Of a stretch of DNA of 48,239 nt, positions 9,855 through 19,768 are shown one piece after another. A model generated the notes under the pieces. That model was not told the origin of the DNA. It did no database searches and worked only from the letters and a program-made list of their open reading frames with translations. The translations under genes and the position numbers were made by a program. Source of the DNA: an uncultured Caulobacteraceae bacterium (GTDB lineage Bacteria > Pseudomonadota > Alphaproteobacteria > Caulobacterales > Caulobacteraceae). The stretch is taken from positions 1 to 48,239 of the forward strand of contig CALAEG010000487.1 of the NCBI GenBank assembly GCA_937890965.1. The letters run 5' to 3'. How positions within the stretch are numbered: the stretch's first letter is position 1; every line of letters starts with the position of its first letter.

Positions 9855-9881
9855 TTAGGCCTTGCGGACAGCCTCTGACAT
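9855..9881 (-). CDS. Putative 8-aa leader peptide MSEAVRKA (toiL-like) upstream of yjhX
   Basis: ATG TCA GAG GCT GTC CGC AAG GCC TAA preceded by GGGGG; complementary to the yjhX initiation region. Confidence 0.7.
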   Translation of the reverse strand: MSEAVRKA

Positions 9882-9947
9882 CAAACCCCCAAAGGTGAAG
9901 CGTGGCCGCCGGGATACCGCCAAGCTCGGCCGCCGTCCAGGGCCGCT

Positions 9948-10784
9948 TCAGCCCAATCGGGCGCGGACCAGGTGGCCGCCCTTGCGGTCGGGCGAGCCGG
10001 CGGGAGCGCCGAAATAGAGGATGGAGACCTCGGTCGGGCCCAGGTCCTCGATCTCGCCGAACCCGAGCGCGCGCAGGCGCGGATGCAGGGTCTGGGGCGC
10101 GAAGAAGGTCAGCCACGGCTCGCCAAGGGCCGCGACGCGCGCCGCGCGGCGTCCGTGCGCCCCCTCGGCCCGGGCCGGCATGGACTGCGGCGGGTCGCTA
10201 TAGGTGAACACCACCTCTGAGCCCTTCGCCAGGCCGGCGATGAAGCCGAGGGTGGCGAAGACCGCCTGTTCGGTCAGATAGGGCACGACGCCCAGCCAGG
10301 TGAAGATGGCCGGCGCGGCGGCGTCGAATCCGGCGGCCGCCAGGCCCTCCGCCAAGCTGACGCGCTCGAAATCGACCGGGGTGAAGGTCAGGGTGTCGGG
10401 CGCGGCGATGTTCGCCTCGGCCAGGCGCTGGCGCTTCCAGGCCTGCGTGGCCGGATGATCGACCTCGAAGACGCGTAAGGCCTCGTGCGGATTGCGATAG
10501 GCGAAGGTGTCGAGCCCGGCGCCCAGCACCACCAGCTGGCGCACGCCGCGTTTGGCGCTGGCGGCGACCGCGGTTTCGGCGAAGCGGGTGCGCGCGGCGA
10601 TGAACAGCCGCATGCCGCGCTGGCCGGGGTTGGCGACCGCCTCGGCCTCTAGGGTCCGCGGACTTTCACCCAGGATGCGGACGGCCAGCGGATCGTGAAA
10701 GATTCGGCCCTGCTCGAGGAGCTGATGTACCGCGCGATGGGCGGCGGCGCGCTGGGCGGTTCGGCTGGGCTGACCAATCTGCAT
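9948..10784 (-). CDS. SAM-dependent methyltransferase (LCM/YktD-like)
   Basis: ARTRF, QLVVLGAGLDT, VFEVDHPATQ, WLGVVPYL motifs. Confidence 0.9.
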   Translation of the reverse strand: MQIGQPSRTAQRAAAHRAVHQLLEQGRIFHDPLAVRILGESPRTLEAEAVANPGQRGMRLFIAARTRFAETAVAASAKRGVRQLVVLGAGLDTFAYRNPHEALRVFEVDHPATQAWKRQRLAEANIAAPDTLTFTPVDFERVSLAEGLAAAGFDAAAPAIFTWLGVVPYLTEQAVFATLGFIAGLAKGSEVVFTYSDPPQSMPARAEGAHGRRAARVAALGEPWLTFFAPQTLHPRLRALGFGEIEDLGPTEVSILYFGAPAGSPDRKGGHLVRARLG

Positions 10785-10819
10785 GGGCGCAGCTTAATCC
10801 GGCCGCGCACCGCCGAAAA

Positions 10820-10834
10820 GAACAAAGTAGAAAC
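10820..10834. promoter_or_regulatory. Possible alphaproteobacterial LexA (SOS) box
   Basis: GAAC-AAAGTAG-AAAC, one mismatch to GAAC-N7-GAAC, in an AT-rich intergenic patch upstream of the methyltransferase. Confidence 0.45.
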
Positions 10835-10854
10835 ATCGGTATGATTCACAGTCG

Positions 10855-12657
10855 TCACCGCCGCCCGAACAGCCGCTCGATGTCGGCCAGCTTCAGCTCC
10901 ACATAGGTGGGGCGGCCGTGATTGCACTGACCGGAATGCGGCGTCGCCTCCATCTGGCGTAAGAGGGCGTTCATTTCGGCGGCGCTCAGCCTGCGCCCCG
11001 CGCGCACCGAGCCATGGCAGGCCATGGTCGAGCAGACCGCCTGCAGCCGTTCGGCCAGGGCCAGCGGCGCACCGTTCTCGGCCAGGTCGTCGGCGATGTC
11101 GCGCACCAGGCCGGCGGCGTCGGTCTCGCCGAGCAGCGCCGGGGTCTCGCGCACCAGCACGGCGCCGGGGCCGAAGGGCTCGATAACCAGGCCCAGCCTG
11201 GCCAGGTCGTCGGCATAACGGCCGACGCGCTCGGCCTCGGCCGGGTCGAGTTCGACCACCTCGGGCATGAGCAGGGTCTGGCGCACCGCGCCGCCGGCCT
11301 CCAGCTCGGCCTTCATCTTCTCATAGACGAGGCGTTCGTGGGCGGCGTGCTGGTCGACGATGACGATGCCATCGGTGGTCTGGGCGACCACATAGGTCTC
11401 GTGCACCTGGGCCCGGGCCGCCCCGAGCGGATAGGTGGTCGGATCGATCACCTCGGCCGAGGGCGCTGAGTCATAGTCCAGTTCCGCCCGGCCGGACGGC
11501 TCGGACAGGCCCGCGAAGCTCGGCGGCGCGGTTTGCGGCGTCCAGCCACCGGCGCTCCAGGCCGAGAAGCCGCGCGAGGGCCCGCCGCCCGGACGAAACC
11601 CGCCCAGCGCCGCCGAGGCCACCGTGGTCGAGGCGCGGTGGCCGGCGCCGGCCAGGGCGTGACGCAGCGCCCCGATGATCAGGCCGCGCACCAGGGGCGG
11701 ATCGCGGAAGCGCACCTCGGCCTTGGCCGGATGCACATTGATATCCACCAGTTCCGGCTCGAGATCGACATAGAGGGCGGCCGTCGGATGCCGGTCGCGG
11801 GCGAGAAAGTCCGCATAGGCCGCGCGCAGCGCCCCGGCGAGCAGCCGGTCGCGCACCGGCCGGCCGTTGACGAACAGGTACTGGTGCGCCGCATTGCCGC
11901 GTGAATAGGTGGGCAGGCCGGCATAGCCGGTGAGCGCCACGCCCTCGCGCACCTGGTCGAGCTGCAACGCATTGGCCTCGAAATCCGCGCCCAGCACCGC
12001 GGCCAGGCGCTTCAGGCGGCCCTCCGGCCCCTTTGTCTCGGGCGCCAGGCGCAGCGTGCGCCGGCCATCGATATCGAGGCTGAAGCCGACCGCCTCGTGC
12101 GCCATGGCCTGGCGCTTGACCTCCTCGGCGATGGCCATGGCCTCGGCCCGCTCGGACTTCATGAATTTCAGCCGGGCCGGGGTGGCGTAGAACAGGTCGC
12201 GCACCTCGACCCTGGCCCCATGGTCGCCGGCGAAGGCGGCTGGGCGCGCCTGTTGCAGCGAACCGGCAGCGGTGGAGAGCGAGAAGGCGTCGAGCGATCC
12301 GCGCGCGCGGGCGGTCAGGGTCAGCCGCGCCACCGAGCCGATCGACGGCAGGGCCTCGCCACGAAACCCCAGGGTGGCGATGCGCAGCAGATCGAAATTG
12401 CCCTCGGCGTCCAGGCTGAGCTTGGAGGTGGCGTGACGCTCCAGCGCCAGCGGCAGCTCGTCCGCCGTCAGGCCCTGGCCGTCGTCGGCGACCAGGATGC
12501 GGGAGAGTCCGCCGCCATCAGCCTGCACCTCGATGCGGCCAGCGCCCGCATCGACAGCGTTTTCGATCAACTCCTTGACCGCACTCGCCGGCCGTTCGAC
12601 CACCTCGCCGGCGGCGATGCGGTTGACGGTCTCCGGCGGCAGGCGGCGGATGGGCAT
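10855..12657 (-). CDS. mutL: DNA mismatch repair endonuclease MutL
   Basis: [44 protein letters not shown]. Confidence 0.98.
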   Translation of the reverse strand: MPIRRLPPETVNRIAAGEVVERPASAVKELIENAVDAGAGRIEVQADGGGLSRILVADDGQGLTADELPLALERHATSKLSLDAEGNFDLLRIATLGFRGEALPSIGSVARLTLTARARGSLDAFSLSTAAGSLQQARPAAFAGDHGARVEVRDLFYATPARLKFMKSERAEAMAIAEEVKRQAMAHEAVGFSLDIDGRRTLRLAPETKGPEGRLKRLAAVLGADFEANALQLDQVREGVALTGYAGLPTYSRGNAAHQYLFVNGRPVRDRLLAGALRAAYADFLARDRHPTAALYVDLEPELVDINVHPAKAEVRFRDPPLVRGLIIGALRHALAGAGHRASTTVASAALGGFRPGGGPSRGFSAWSAGGWTPQTAPPSFAGLSEPSGRAELDYDSAPSAEVIDPTTYPLGAARAQVHETYVVAQTTDGIVIVDQHAAHERLVYEKMKAELEAGGAVRQTLLMPEVVELDPAEAERVGRYADDLARLGLVIEPFGPGAVLVRETPALLGETDAAGLVRDIADDLAENGAPLALAERLQAVCSTMACHGSVRAGRRLSAAEMNALLRQMEATPHSGQCNHGRPTYVELKLADIERLFGRR

Positions 12658-12766
12658 GGACGACAGTCTAACCGATTCCGCCCTTTCGTCTCAGGCCTCG
12701 GCCTTCTGGCTGATGAAGCGCACGGCCAAGGTTGCAACCGGACATGCGAGCCGCCACCTTGGGCCC

Positions 12767-13666
12767 ATGTTCTTCCCGAACCAACGTACCGCGCGGGGCG
12801 CGCGTGGTTTCGCCCTCGTCGCAGCGCTGCTGGCTATCGCTCTTCCCGCCACGGCCGCGCCGACCTGGTGGCACATCACTTCGGGCCGCTCCGAGGTCTG
12901 GCTCATCGGCGCGCCCAACCTGACCTCGAAGAGCTTCGGCTGGGACAACCATGCCGTCGCAGAAAGGCTGAAGGGCGCCAGCGCCCTGATCATAGAGCCG
13001 CAGGTCAGGGGCAACCTGATCGGCCTCGCCGGCGACCTGTTCGGCGCCGCCCACGCCATGCGTTCGGACACGCCGCTTGAGCCGTCGCTGCCGCCGCCCC
13101 TACGCCAGCACTTCCAGGCGGTCCGCACCAGCATCGGCCAGGGCCCCGGCAAATACGCCGGCTGGAAGCCGTCCGCCGCCGGCGTGATTCTGACCAACGA
13201 CTATCTGAAGGCCCAGAACCTTGAGACCGGCGACACGATCAAGGTGGTGCGCCGGATGGCGCATGGCGCCGGGGTGCACGAGTTGCCCTCGGGATCCTAT
13301 GACGGGGCGCCGATCATCACCGCCGCCGAGCAGTTGAACAGCACAGGCCAACAGACCTGCCTCGCCGCATCGCTGCACGACATCGACCAGGCCCCGGCGC
13401 GCCTGCACATGGCCCAGGACTGGGCGCGCGGCGTCATGCATCCCAACCCGACCGATCCGGCCGATCAGGCCTGCTTCAACGCCATGCCGTCGCTGAAGAA
13501 CCTCAACGACCGGCTGATCGGATCCGAGGCGCAGGCCGTTGTCGACGCCCTGAAACGTCCCGGCCGTTCCGTCGCGGTCTTCGACCTGGGCGCCACCGTC
13601 ATGCCCGGCGGCGTGCTGGACCGCATCCGCGCTCACGGCGTCACCGTCTCGGCGCCGGTGCCCTAG
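12767..13666 (+). CDS. TraB/GumN family protein (exported)
   Basis: Signal peptide, PTWWHIT..SEVWLIG, C-terminal GGVLDRIRAHGVTV; start approximate. Confidence 0.75.
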   Translation: MFFPNQRTARGARGFALVAALLAIALPATAAPTWWHITSGRSEVWLIGAPNLTSKSFGWDNHAVAERLKGASALIIEPQVRGNLIGLAGDLFGAAHAMRSDTPLEPSLPPPLRQHFQAVRTSIGQGPGKYAGWKPSAAGVILTNDYLKAQNLETGDTIKVVRRMAHGAGVHELPSGSYDGAPIITAAEQLNSTGQQTCLAASLHDIDQAPARLHMAQDWARGVMHPNPTDPADQACFNAMPSLKNLNDRLIGSEAQAVVDALKRPGRSVAVFDLGATVMPGGVLDRIRAHGVTVSAPVP

Positions 13667-13668
13667 AC

Positions 13669-13685
13669 CTCTCCCAAAGTGAGAG
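13669..13685. repeat. Short REP-like hairpin / possible terminator
   Basis: CTCTC-CCAAAGT-GAGAG followed by CTTTTT between convergent genes; near-copy at 24772. Confidence 0.55.
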
Positions 13686-13689
13686 CTTT

Positions 13690-14265
13690 TTACAGCCCAG
13701 GCAGCTTGATGTGGTTGCCGCTGGGGGCGGTGCGGGCGATGACGATCTGCCGGCCGCCGGTCAGCTTCTGGATACGCTGGGCCTCAGCGGCCGCATCGAT
13801 GGGCGTGGCCTGCGCCGCGCCGGCCTGGTCGGCGGTCAGGGCCGCCGGCTGAGCCGACGGCTTGCCCTTGCGCCAGAACATCACCCAGTCGGCGAAACCC
13901 TTGTCCTTGTGCGAAATCGCGCCAAACTCGTCGTCGACCACATAGCGGATCATCGGATCGGCCTGGTCGGCGCCGGCCTTGGTGGCCAAGAGCTTCTCGC
14001 CCTCGGAGCGGCTTTCCGCCGCGCGCTGGCCGAGCAGGGCCGCGCGGGCCTGGCTTTCCGGCTGCAGCTCCTGCGGCCGGGGCTCGCCCGGCGACGGCGG
14101 TCGCAACGAATAGTCCGGCGGCACCACCAGCGGCGCCTTCGACACAACGCGGAACTCGTCCGGAACCACCTTGACCAAGCCGAGCGCTTGGCGCGTGCTC
14201 TCGCAGCCGCCGAGGGCCGTGCCCGCAACCAGCAGCGCAACCAGCGCTACGCGATTGAAACCCAT
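13690..14265 (-). CDS. DUF3035 domain lipoprotein
   Basis: Lipobox LGGC; PDEFRVVSKAPLVVPPDYSLRPP motif; downstream of lspA; alternative start 14274. Confidence 0.85.
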   Translation of the reverse strand: MGFNRVALVALLVAGTALGGCESTRQALGLVKVVPDEFRVVSKAPLVVPPDYSLRPPSPGEPRPQELQPESQARAALLGQRAAESRSEGEKLLATKAGADQADPMIRYVVDDEFGAISHKDKGFADWVMFWRKGKPSAQPAALTADQAGAAQATPIDAAAEAQRIQKLTGGRQIVIARTAPSGNHIKLPGL

Positions 14266-14332
14266 CAAACTCATGCTCCTTCCGAGCGCCCCGGCGTCTC
14301 GATAGCGCATTCCGGCTACGGGCGCCAACGGG

Positions 14333-14842
14333 CTAGGTCGTCGCGGGCCTGGCCGTCAGCAGGCTGTCGAGCACCAGCAAGGCCACGCCTAGGCTGATCG
14401 CGCTGTCGGCGACGTTGAACACCCAGGGAAAGTGCAGGCCGGAAAAGTCCAGAAAGTCGAAGACCTGACCCCAGCGCACCCGGTCGATAATGTTGTTGCC
14501 GATGGCGCCGCCCATGATGAGACCGATCGCCGCGCCGCTCAAAACCCGATCGATGCGGCGCACCCAGAGCCCAAGGGCGACCACGACGCAGGCGGCGAAT
14601 CCGACCAGCAACCACCGGCCAAGGTCGCCGTGGGAGTGGAAGATCCCGAAGGCGACGCCGGGATTCCAGCCGCTGTTCAGCTGAAAAAAGGGCAGGATGC
14701 GCACGGGCGCGCGATCGATCAGGTCGAACGGGCCGAGCAGCCAGGCCTTGACCGACTGGTCCAGCAGCACAACCAGGGCCGCCAGAAAAAACGCCAGCCA
14801 GCCGTTGCGGTTGACCTGCGGTTGGCGCGCGCTAGCGGCCAT
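14333..14842 (-). CDS. lspA: Signal peptidase II
   Basis: DQSVK, WNPGVAFG, GGAIGNNIIDR, FDF, FNVADSAI; overlaps the ileS stop. Confidence 0.95.
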   Translation of the reverse strand: MAASARQPQVNRNGWLAFFLAALVVLLDQSVKAWLLGPFDLIDRAPVRILPFFQLNSGWNPGVAFGIFHSHGDLGRWLLVGFAACVVVALGLWVRRIDRVLSGAAIGLIMGGAIGNNIIDRVRWGQVFDFLDFSGLHFPWVFNVADSAISLGVALLVLDSLLTARPATT

Positions 14843-17819
14843 GCTGGGCGTCCCACCAGGCCACGGCGTCGGCGTCGCGCAGCGAAAGGTCGGGATAGCG
14901 GGGATCGCCGCCGACCTCGGGCAGCACACGCCAGGAGCGGGCGCATTTGCGGCCCTCGGCGCGCAGGGGCTCGACGGCCACCCCCGCCCCGTCGTCGAGG
15001 CGGAAGGCCCCGGCCGGTCCATCGCCCGCCATCAGGCTGGCCTGGCTGGTGCGGAAGACCTCGGCGGCGTCCAGCCCATCGAAGGCCGCCATCAGGCCCG
15101 GATCGGCGATCCAGACCCGCGGCGCGGCTTCCAGGGCGGCGCCGATGCGCTTGTCGCGCCGCTCGATCTCCAGCGCGCCGGTGACCACGCGGGTCACGGC
15201 CTGCACCCGCTCCCAGCGCGCGGCCTCGACCGCGTTGCGCCAGGCGGCCGGCGTCTCGGGGATCCCTCGCAAGGCGTTGGAGCCGGCATGCGGAAAGCGC
15301 GTCTCCCAGGCCTCCTCCATGGTGAAGGCGGCGAGCGGCGCCAGCCAGGCGGTCAGTCGCTCGAACACCAGGTCCAGCACCGTGCGGCAGGCGCGCCGGC
15401 GCAAGCTATCCGGCCGGTCGCAATAGAGGACGTCCTTGCAGATGTCGAAATAGAGCGCCGAAAGGTCGTTGGAGCAGAAGTCGGCCAGCGGCCGCCAGAC
15501 GTCCTGGAACCGGTAGGCTTGGTAAGCCGCACGCACCTCGCCATCCAGCGCCCAGAGCCGGTGCAGGACAAAGCGCTCCAGGGGCGGCATGTCGGCCAAT
15601 TCGACCCGCTCGGCCTCGCTGAACCCTTCGAGCGCGCCCAGCAGGTAGCGGACGGTGTTCCTGAGCTTGCGATAGCCGTCGATCGTGCTCTGCAGGATGG
15701 CCGGACCGATCCGCGTGTCCTCGGAATAGTCGATCATCGCTACCCACAAGCGCAGGATCTCGGCCCCGCTCTGTCGGATGACGTCCGCCGGGTCCACGGC
15801 GTTGCCGAGCGACTTCGACATCTTCTCGCCGGTCTCGGTGACCGTGAACCCGTGGGTCAGGACCGACTCGTACGGCGCGCGTCCGCGCGTGCCGCAAGCT
15901 TCCAGAAGGCTCGACTGAAACCAGCCGCGGTGCTGGTCGGAGCCTTCCAGATAGAGATCTGCGGGCCAGCGGGTATCGGGGCCCCGCCGTGGGGAACCAT
16001 CCTCCCAATGCGAAGCGTTCTGGGCCGCGCGGCTCTCCAGCACGAAGGCGTGGGTCGAGCCGGAATCGAACCAGACGTCGAGAATATCCTCGACCTTTTC
16101 GTAGCGGTCGGGATCGTGGTCGCCGAGGAAGTCGCCGGCCGGCCGCGTGAACCAGGCGTCGGCGCCCTCGGCGGCGATGAGGTCGACGATCCGGGCATTG
16201 ACGTCGGCGTCTTGCAGCGGCTGGCCGGTGATCTTGTCGACGAACATGGCCAGCGGCGAACCCCAGGCGCGCTGGCGGCTGATCAGCCAGTCGGGCCGCG
16301 TCTCGACCATTGAGCGGATGCGGTTTCGCCCTGCCTCCGGATAAAAGGCCGTGGCCTCGATCGCCTCCAGCGCCGTCTCGCGCAGGGTGCGCCCGCCATG
16401 AAGATTGTCGTTCAGCGGCTCGTCCATGCGGATGAACCATTGCGGGGTGTTGCGGAAGATCACCGGCGCCCTGGAGCGCCAGGAGTGTGGATAGGAATGC
16501 TCCAGCCGACCGCGGGCGAGCAGATTGCCCGCCTCGATCAGCTTTTCGATCACCGCATTGTTGGCCGGCCCGAACTTACCGGCCTTCTTGCCCTCGGTTT
16601 CGAGCACCTTCAGCCCGCCGAACAGGGGGACGTCCGGGTAGTAGGCGCCGTCCGCGTCGACGGTTTCGGGGATCTCGCGGTGGCCGTGCGCCAGCCAGAC
16701 CGCATAGTCGTCGGCGCCGTGGCCTGGCGCGGTGTGGATGAAGGCGGTTCCAACGTCCTCGGTGACGTAGTCGCTGGCCAGCAGCGGCACCGCATAGTCG
16801 TAGCCGTCGGCCAGGGCCGCCAGTGGGTGGGCGCAGACCATGCCGAGCGGATTGACCGTCTGCAGCCGCGTCCAGCTCGCCACCTGGGCGACCGCGCGCA
16901 CCTCCTCGGCCAGCGCCTCGGCGACGATCAGCCGGTCGCCCGGCTTGGCCCAGGGCTCGAACGCCAGGTCGGCGTTGATCGCGTCGACCTCATAGACGGC
17001 ATAGGCGATGTCCGGGCTGTATTGGATGGCGCGGTTGGCGGGGATGGTCCAGGGCGTCGTGGTCCAGATCACCACAGAGGCGCCCAGCGCCGCGTCCGTG
17101 CCTTCGAGCACCGGAAACTTCACCCAGACCGTCGGGCTCACATGGTCGTGGTACTCGATCTCGGCATCGGCCAGCGCCGTGCGCTCCACCGGGCTCCACA
17201 TCACCGGCTTGGAGCCGCGATAGAGCTGGTCTGACATCAGGAACTTGTGGAACTCGGCGACGATGGCCGCCTCGCTCGAATAGTCCATCGTCGAATAACG
17301 TCGCTCCCAGTCGCCCAGCACGCCGAGGCGCTTGAAGCCCTCCATCTGGACGCCGATCCAGCGGTCGGCCTCTTCGCGGCAGCGCGCGCGGAATTCGGCC
17401 CTGGAGACATCGTCCTTGCGCCGGCCCTTGGCGCGAAGGTCTTCCTCGACCTTCCACTCGATGGGCAGGCCGTGACAGTCCCAGCCCGGGAGGTAGTCGA
17501 CATCGTAGCCGAGCAGGAAGCGCGAGCGGACGACGAAATCCTTCAAGGTCTTCTGCAGCGAGTGGCCGATATGGATGGCGCCATTGGCGTAGGGCGGCCC
17601 GTCGTGCAGCACATAGAGCGGCGCGCCCGCTGCCTGGCGGGTCTTGCGCAGGGTCTTGTAGAGGTCCTGCTCGGCCCATTGCTCCAGGATCTCCGGCTCC
17701 TTTTTCGGCAGGCCGGCGCGCATGGGGAACGGGGTCTCGGGCAGAAAGACGGTCTCGCGATAGTCGCGGCCGGTGGTCGTGTCGGGTCTGGCGTCGCCAG
17801 GGGAATCGGGGGGGGCCAT
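14832..17819 (-). CDS. ileS: Isoleucine--tRNA ligase
   Basis: HDGPPYANGAIHIGH, GWDCHGLPIE, WLISRQR, EGSDQHRGWF, KMSKS. Confidence 0.98.
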   Translation of the reverse strand: MAPPDSPGDARPDTTTGRDYRETVFLPETPFPMRAGLPKKEPEILEQWAEQDLYKTLRKTRQAAGAPLYVLHDGPPYANGAIHIGHSLQKTLKDFVVRSRFLLGYDVDYLPGWDCHGLPIEWKVEEDLRAKGRRKDDVSRAEFRARCREEADRWIGVQMEGFKRLGVLGDWERRYSTMDYSSEAAIVAEFHKFLMSDQLYRGSKPVMWSPVERTALADAEIEYHDHVSPTVWVKFPVLEGTDAALGASVVIWTTTPWTIPANRAIQYSPDIAYAVYEVDAINADLAFEPWAKPGDRLIVAEALAEEVRAVAQVASWTRLQTVNPLGMVCAHPLAALADGYDYAVPLLASDYVTEDVGTAFIHTAPGHGADDYAVWLAHGHREIPETVDADGAYYPDVPLFGGLKVLETEGKKAGKFGPANNAVIEKLIEAGNLLARGRLEHSYPHSWRSRAPVIFRNTPQWFIRMDEPLNDNLHGGRTLRETALEAIEATAFYPEAGRNRIRSMVETRPDWLISRQRAWGSPLAMFVDKITGQPLQDADVNARIVDLIAAEGADAWFTRPAGDFLGDHDPDRYEKVEDILDVWFDSGSTHAFVLESRAAQNASHWEDGSPRRGPDTRWPADLYLEGSDQHRGWFQSSLLEACGTRGRAPYESVLTHGFTVTETGEKMSKSLGNAVDPADVIRQSGAEILRLWVAMIDYSEDTRIGPAILQSTIDGYRKLRNTVRYLLGALEGFSEAERVELADMPPLERFVLHRLWALDGEVRAAYQAYRFQDVWRPLADFCSNDLSALYFDICKDVLYCDRPDSLRRRACRTVLDLVFERLTAWLAPLAAFTMEEAWETRFPHAGSNALRGIPETPAAWRNAVEAARWERVQAVTRVVTGALEIERRDKRIGAALEAAPRVWIADPGLMAAFDGLDAAEVFRTSQASLMAGDGPAGAFRLDDGAGVAVEPLRAEGRKCARSWRVLPEVGGDPRYPDLSLRDADAVAWWDAQHGR

Positions 17820-17858
17820 GATCGGCTCCAGCATGGGTTCGAACAAATGCGCGGACAA

Positions 17859-17932
17859 CCCGGCGCGCGCCGCCGTGATCGGCGGCTTCACGCCGGGCGG
17901 TTAATTCGAAACCCGAAAGGAACCCTGCTCAT
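17859..17932 (-). promoter_or_regulatory. Putative ileS leader: 14-aa uORF plus nested GC hairpin
   Basis: uORF 17932-17888 MSRVPFGFRINRPA*; stems CCCGGCG/CGCCGGG (17859-17865, 17891-17897) and GCCGCCG/CGGCGGC (17869-17875, 17880-17886). Confidence 0.5.
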
Positions 17933-18000
17933 GCCCGGCGCTGTACCAGAGCCGGGCCGTGGGCGCGAGCCTTTCGAAGGTCGGGCGAGATTGTACGGCA

Positions 18001-18047
18001 TCGTAGAATTTCTTGCTTGCCGTTGCGGCGCCCTCGCCGCATCAATT
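18001..18047 (+). promoter_or_regulatory. Probable promoter of hydrolase copy A (duplicated at 21498-21545)
   Basis: TCGTAGAA..GCTTGCCGT..CGCCGCATCAATT shared by both paralogs; TTGCCG followed 17 nt later by CATCAA. Confidence 0.55.
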
Positions 18048-18099
18048 CGCCCAAGAACGCCGCACCCAAGCGGCGACGATCATGATGGGAGAGGACGAC

Positions 18100-18999
18100 A
18101 TGGCGAGCATCGCAGCCCTGGACGAGAAGACCGGCCGCAAATTCTATCTCGACGACCCGGACGACCTGAAGCCGGGCGAGAAACTCACCTTCATCCTCAA
18201 CCTGCACGGTGGCGGCTCGGTCGGCGCCTGGCAGCGGGCCTATTTCCCGGCCGTCGACTACAAGGATAAGTACCGGCTGGTCATCGCCACGCCCTCGGCC
18301 GCCACCAAGGAGCCCGCCCGGCGCTGGGTCGGCGAAGCCGATGACGAGCACCTGCACAACATCGTCGACTACGTCTTCGACAAGTACGGGCCGGAAAACA
18401 TCAAGAGCTTCTGGCTGGCCGGCCACTCCCAGGGCGGCATGACCTCAAACCGCCTGCTGCGCGACGATCCCTTCTTCCAGGACCGGGTCGACGGCTGGCT
18501 GAGTCTCTCCGGCGGCCGCATGGGCCCGGCCGAACGGGCGCCCGGCTTCGGTCCGCCCCTGCCGCCCGGCCAGACCATGAACATGCCTCGCCCGGCGCCC
18601 GGCGGGCCGCCGACCTGCGATTTCTCCTTCATCTACACCACCGGCGAGCATGAGATCGTCGCCTTGCCGCAGAGCTCGCCCTGGGCGGAGAAGTATGGCG
18701 CGGGGCCGCGCGAGCGGCGGCCCGACATCGTCGACACCGAAGCCGGCCAGATCTACGACACCGGCCGCCAGGAGTTCTCCACCAAGGGCTGGGGCCTGCT
18801 GCCGAGGCCGGGGACGGCAGAGGTCTATGTCTATCCGAACGGCAAGGATGGCCGCGTGGTCGCCGACGTCGTGCGTCTGGACAAGGGCCACACTGAAGGC
18901 CTGGAGCCGAGGGTCACCGAGGAGCTGATCAAGCTGATGGTCTCCGCCTCGGGCGGCAAGGCGCGCACGGCGACCAAGGCCAGCGCCCAGGCGGAGTGA
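18100..18999 (+). CDS. Alpha/beta hydrolase (esterase/PHB depolymerase-like), copy A
   Basis: LHGGG oxyanion motif, GHSQGG nucleophile elbow, DKGHTEG; RBS GAGGA. Confidence 0.85.
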   Translation: MASIAALDEKTGRKFYLDDPDDLKPGEKLTFILNLHGGGSVGAWQRAYFPAVDYKDKYRLVIATPSAATKEPARRWVGEADDEHLHNIVDYVFDKYGPENIKSFWLAGHSQGGMTSNRLLRDDPFFQDRVDGWLSLSGGRMGPAERAPGFGPPLPPGQTMNMPRPAPGGPPTCDFSFIYTTGEHEIVALPQSSPWAEKYGAGPRERRPDIVDTEAGQIYDTGRQEFSTKGWGLLPRPGTAEVYVYPNGKDGRVVADVVRLDKGHTEGLEPRVTEELIKLMVSASGGKARTATKASAQAE

Positions 19000-19003
19000 G
19001 CGC

Positions 19004-19768
19004 CTAAACCTCGTAGAGGTCGTAGAAGAGTTCGATCGGCGCAGCGACGCGGAGCGCCGGCAGCGGAAACGAACGCCACGGCGCCGCGATGTCCACGGTC
19101 TCGATTTTGCGCAGGAAGGCGGCGCGCAGATCCGGCTTCACCGCCTCGCGATGGTCGAGGAACTGGTCCCAGCTCGAGGTTCCGCGCAGCCGCACGCGCT
19201 CGGGCGGCGATCTGGACTCACCGTAGGCCGCCGGGAACAGCCGGCGATAGGCGTCCAGATTGTATAGCCACGACCCACCCTGGACGGTCCTAGCCGCCGG
19301 CCATGTCTTGCGGACAAAGGCGAACATGGCCTTCAGCTCGGCCAGCCGGCGGGGCATCTTGGCGCAGCTGAGCGGACCAATCCCGTCGGCGCTGTCGCGA
19401 TTGCTGAAGTGAATTCGCACGACACCGTCGGCGTCCGGCGGATCGCAGCTGAAACAGCTGAAGGCGCGCCGATCCGGCGGTGGGACATCGTCCGGCGCGG
19501 TCACATAGAAGGTCTTGGTCCAGTCGAGCCTCTGCTCGGTCGAAGCAAGCGCTTCCAGCGCGGCCACATAGGTCAGCCATTCCGGCGGCAGCGGCCCGAG
19601 TTCCACATCGCCCAGCCCAAAGCGCCTTTGCAGATTGGTGTTGTAGGCGAGGGACTCGGCCAGCGGGATCGCGGCGCGCGCGGCCATATGCTCGGCGAAA
19701 CGCAGTTGCAGCGCGAAATAGTCGCCGAGCCGCTCGGCCCGCGCGCGACGTTCTGAATCCCGGTTCAG
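19004..19768 (-). CDS. Hypothetical protein (start uncertain: CTG 19768, ORF open to 19828)
   Basis: Long ORF with protein-like composition (IHFSNRD, GGSWLYN, YRRLFP); fills the gap between genes. Confidence 0.75.
   Translation of the reverse strand: MNRDSERRARAERLGDYFALQLRFAEHMAARAAIPLAESLAYNTNLQRRFGLGDVELGPLPPEWLTYVAALEALASTEQRLDWTKTFYVTAPDDVPPPDRRAFSCFSCDPPDADGVVRIHFSNRDSADGIGPLSCAKMPRRLAELKAMFAFVRKTWPAARTVQGGSWLYNLDAYRRLFPAAYGESRSPPERVRLRGTSSWDQFLDHREAVKPDLRAAFLRKIETVDIAAPWRSFPLPALRVAAPIELFYDLYEV

Noticed and set aside
14697-18269. Several long plus-strand ORFs over lspA/ileS
   Set aside because: Shadow ORFs caused by GC-rich codon bias; no motifs
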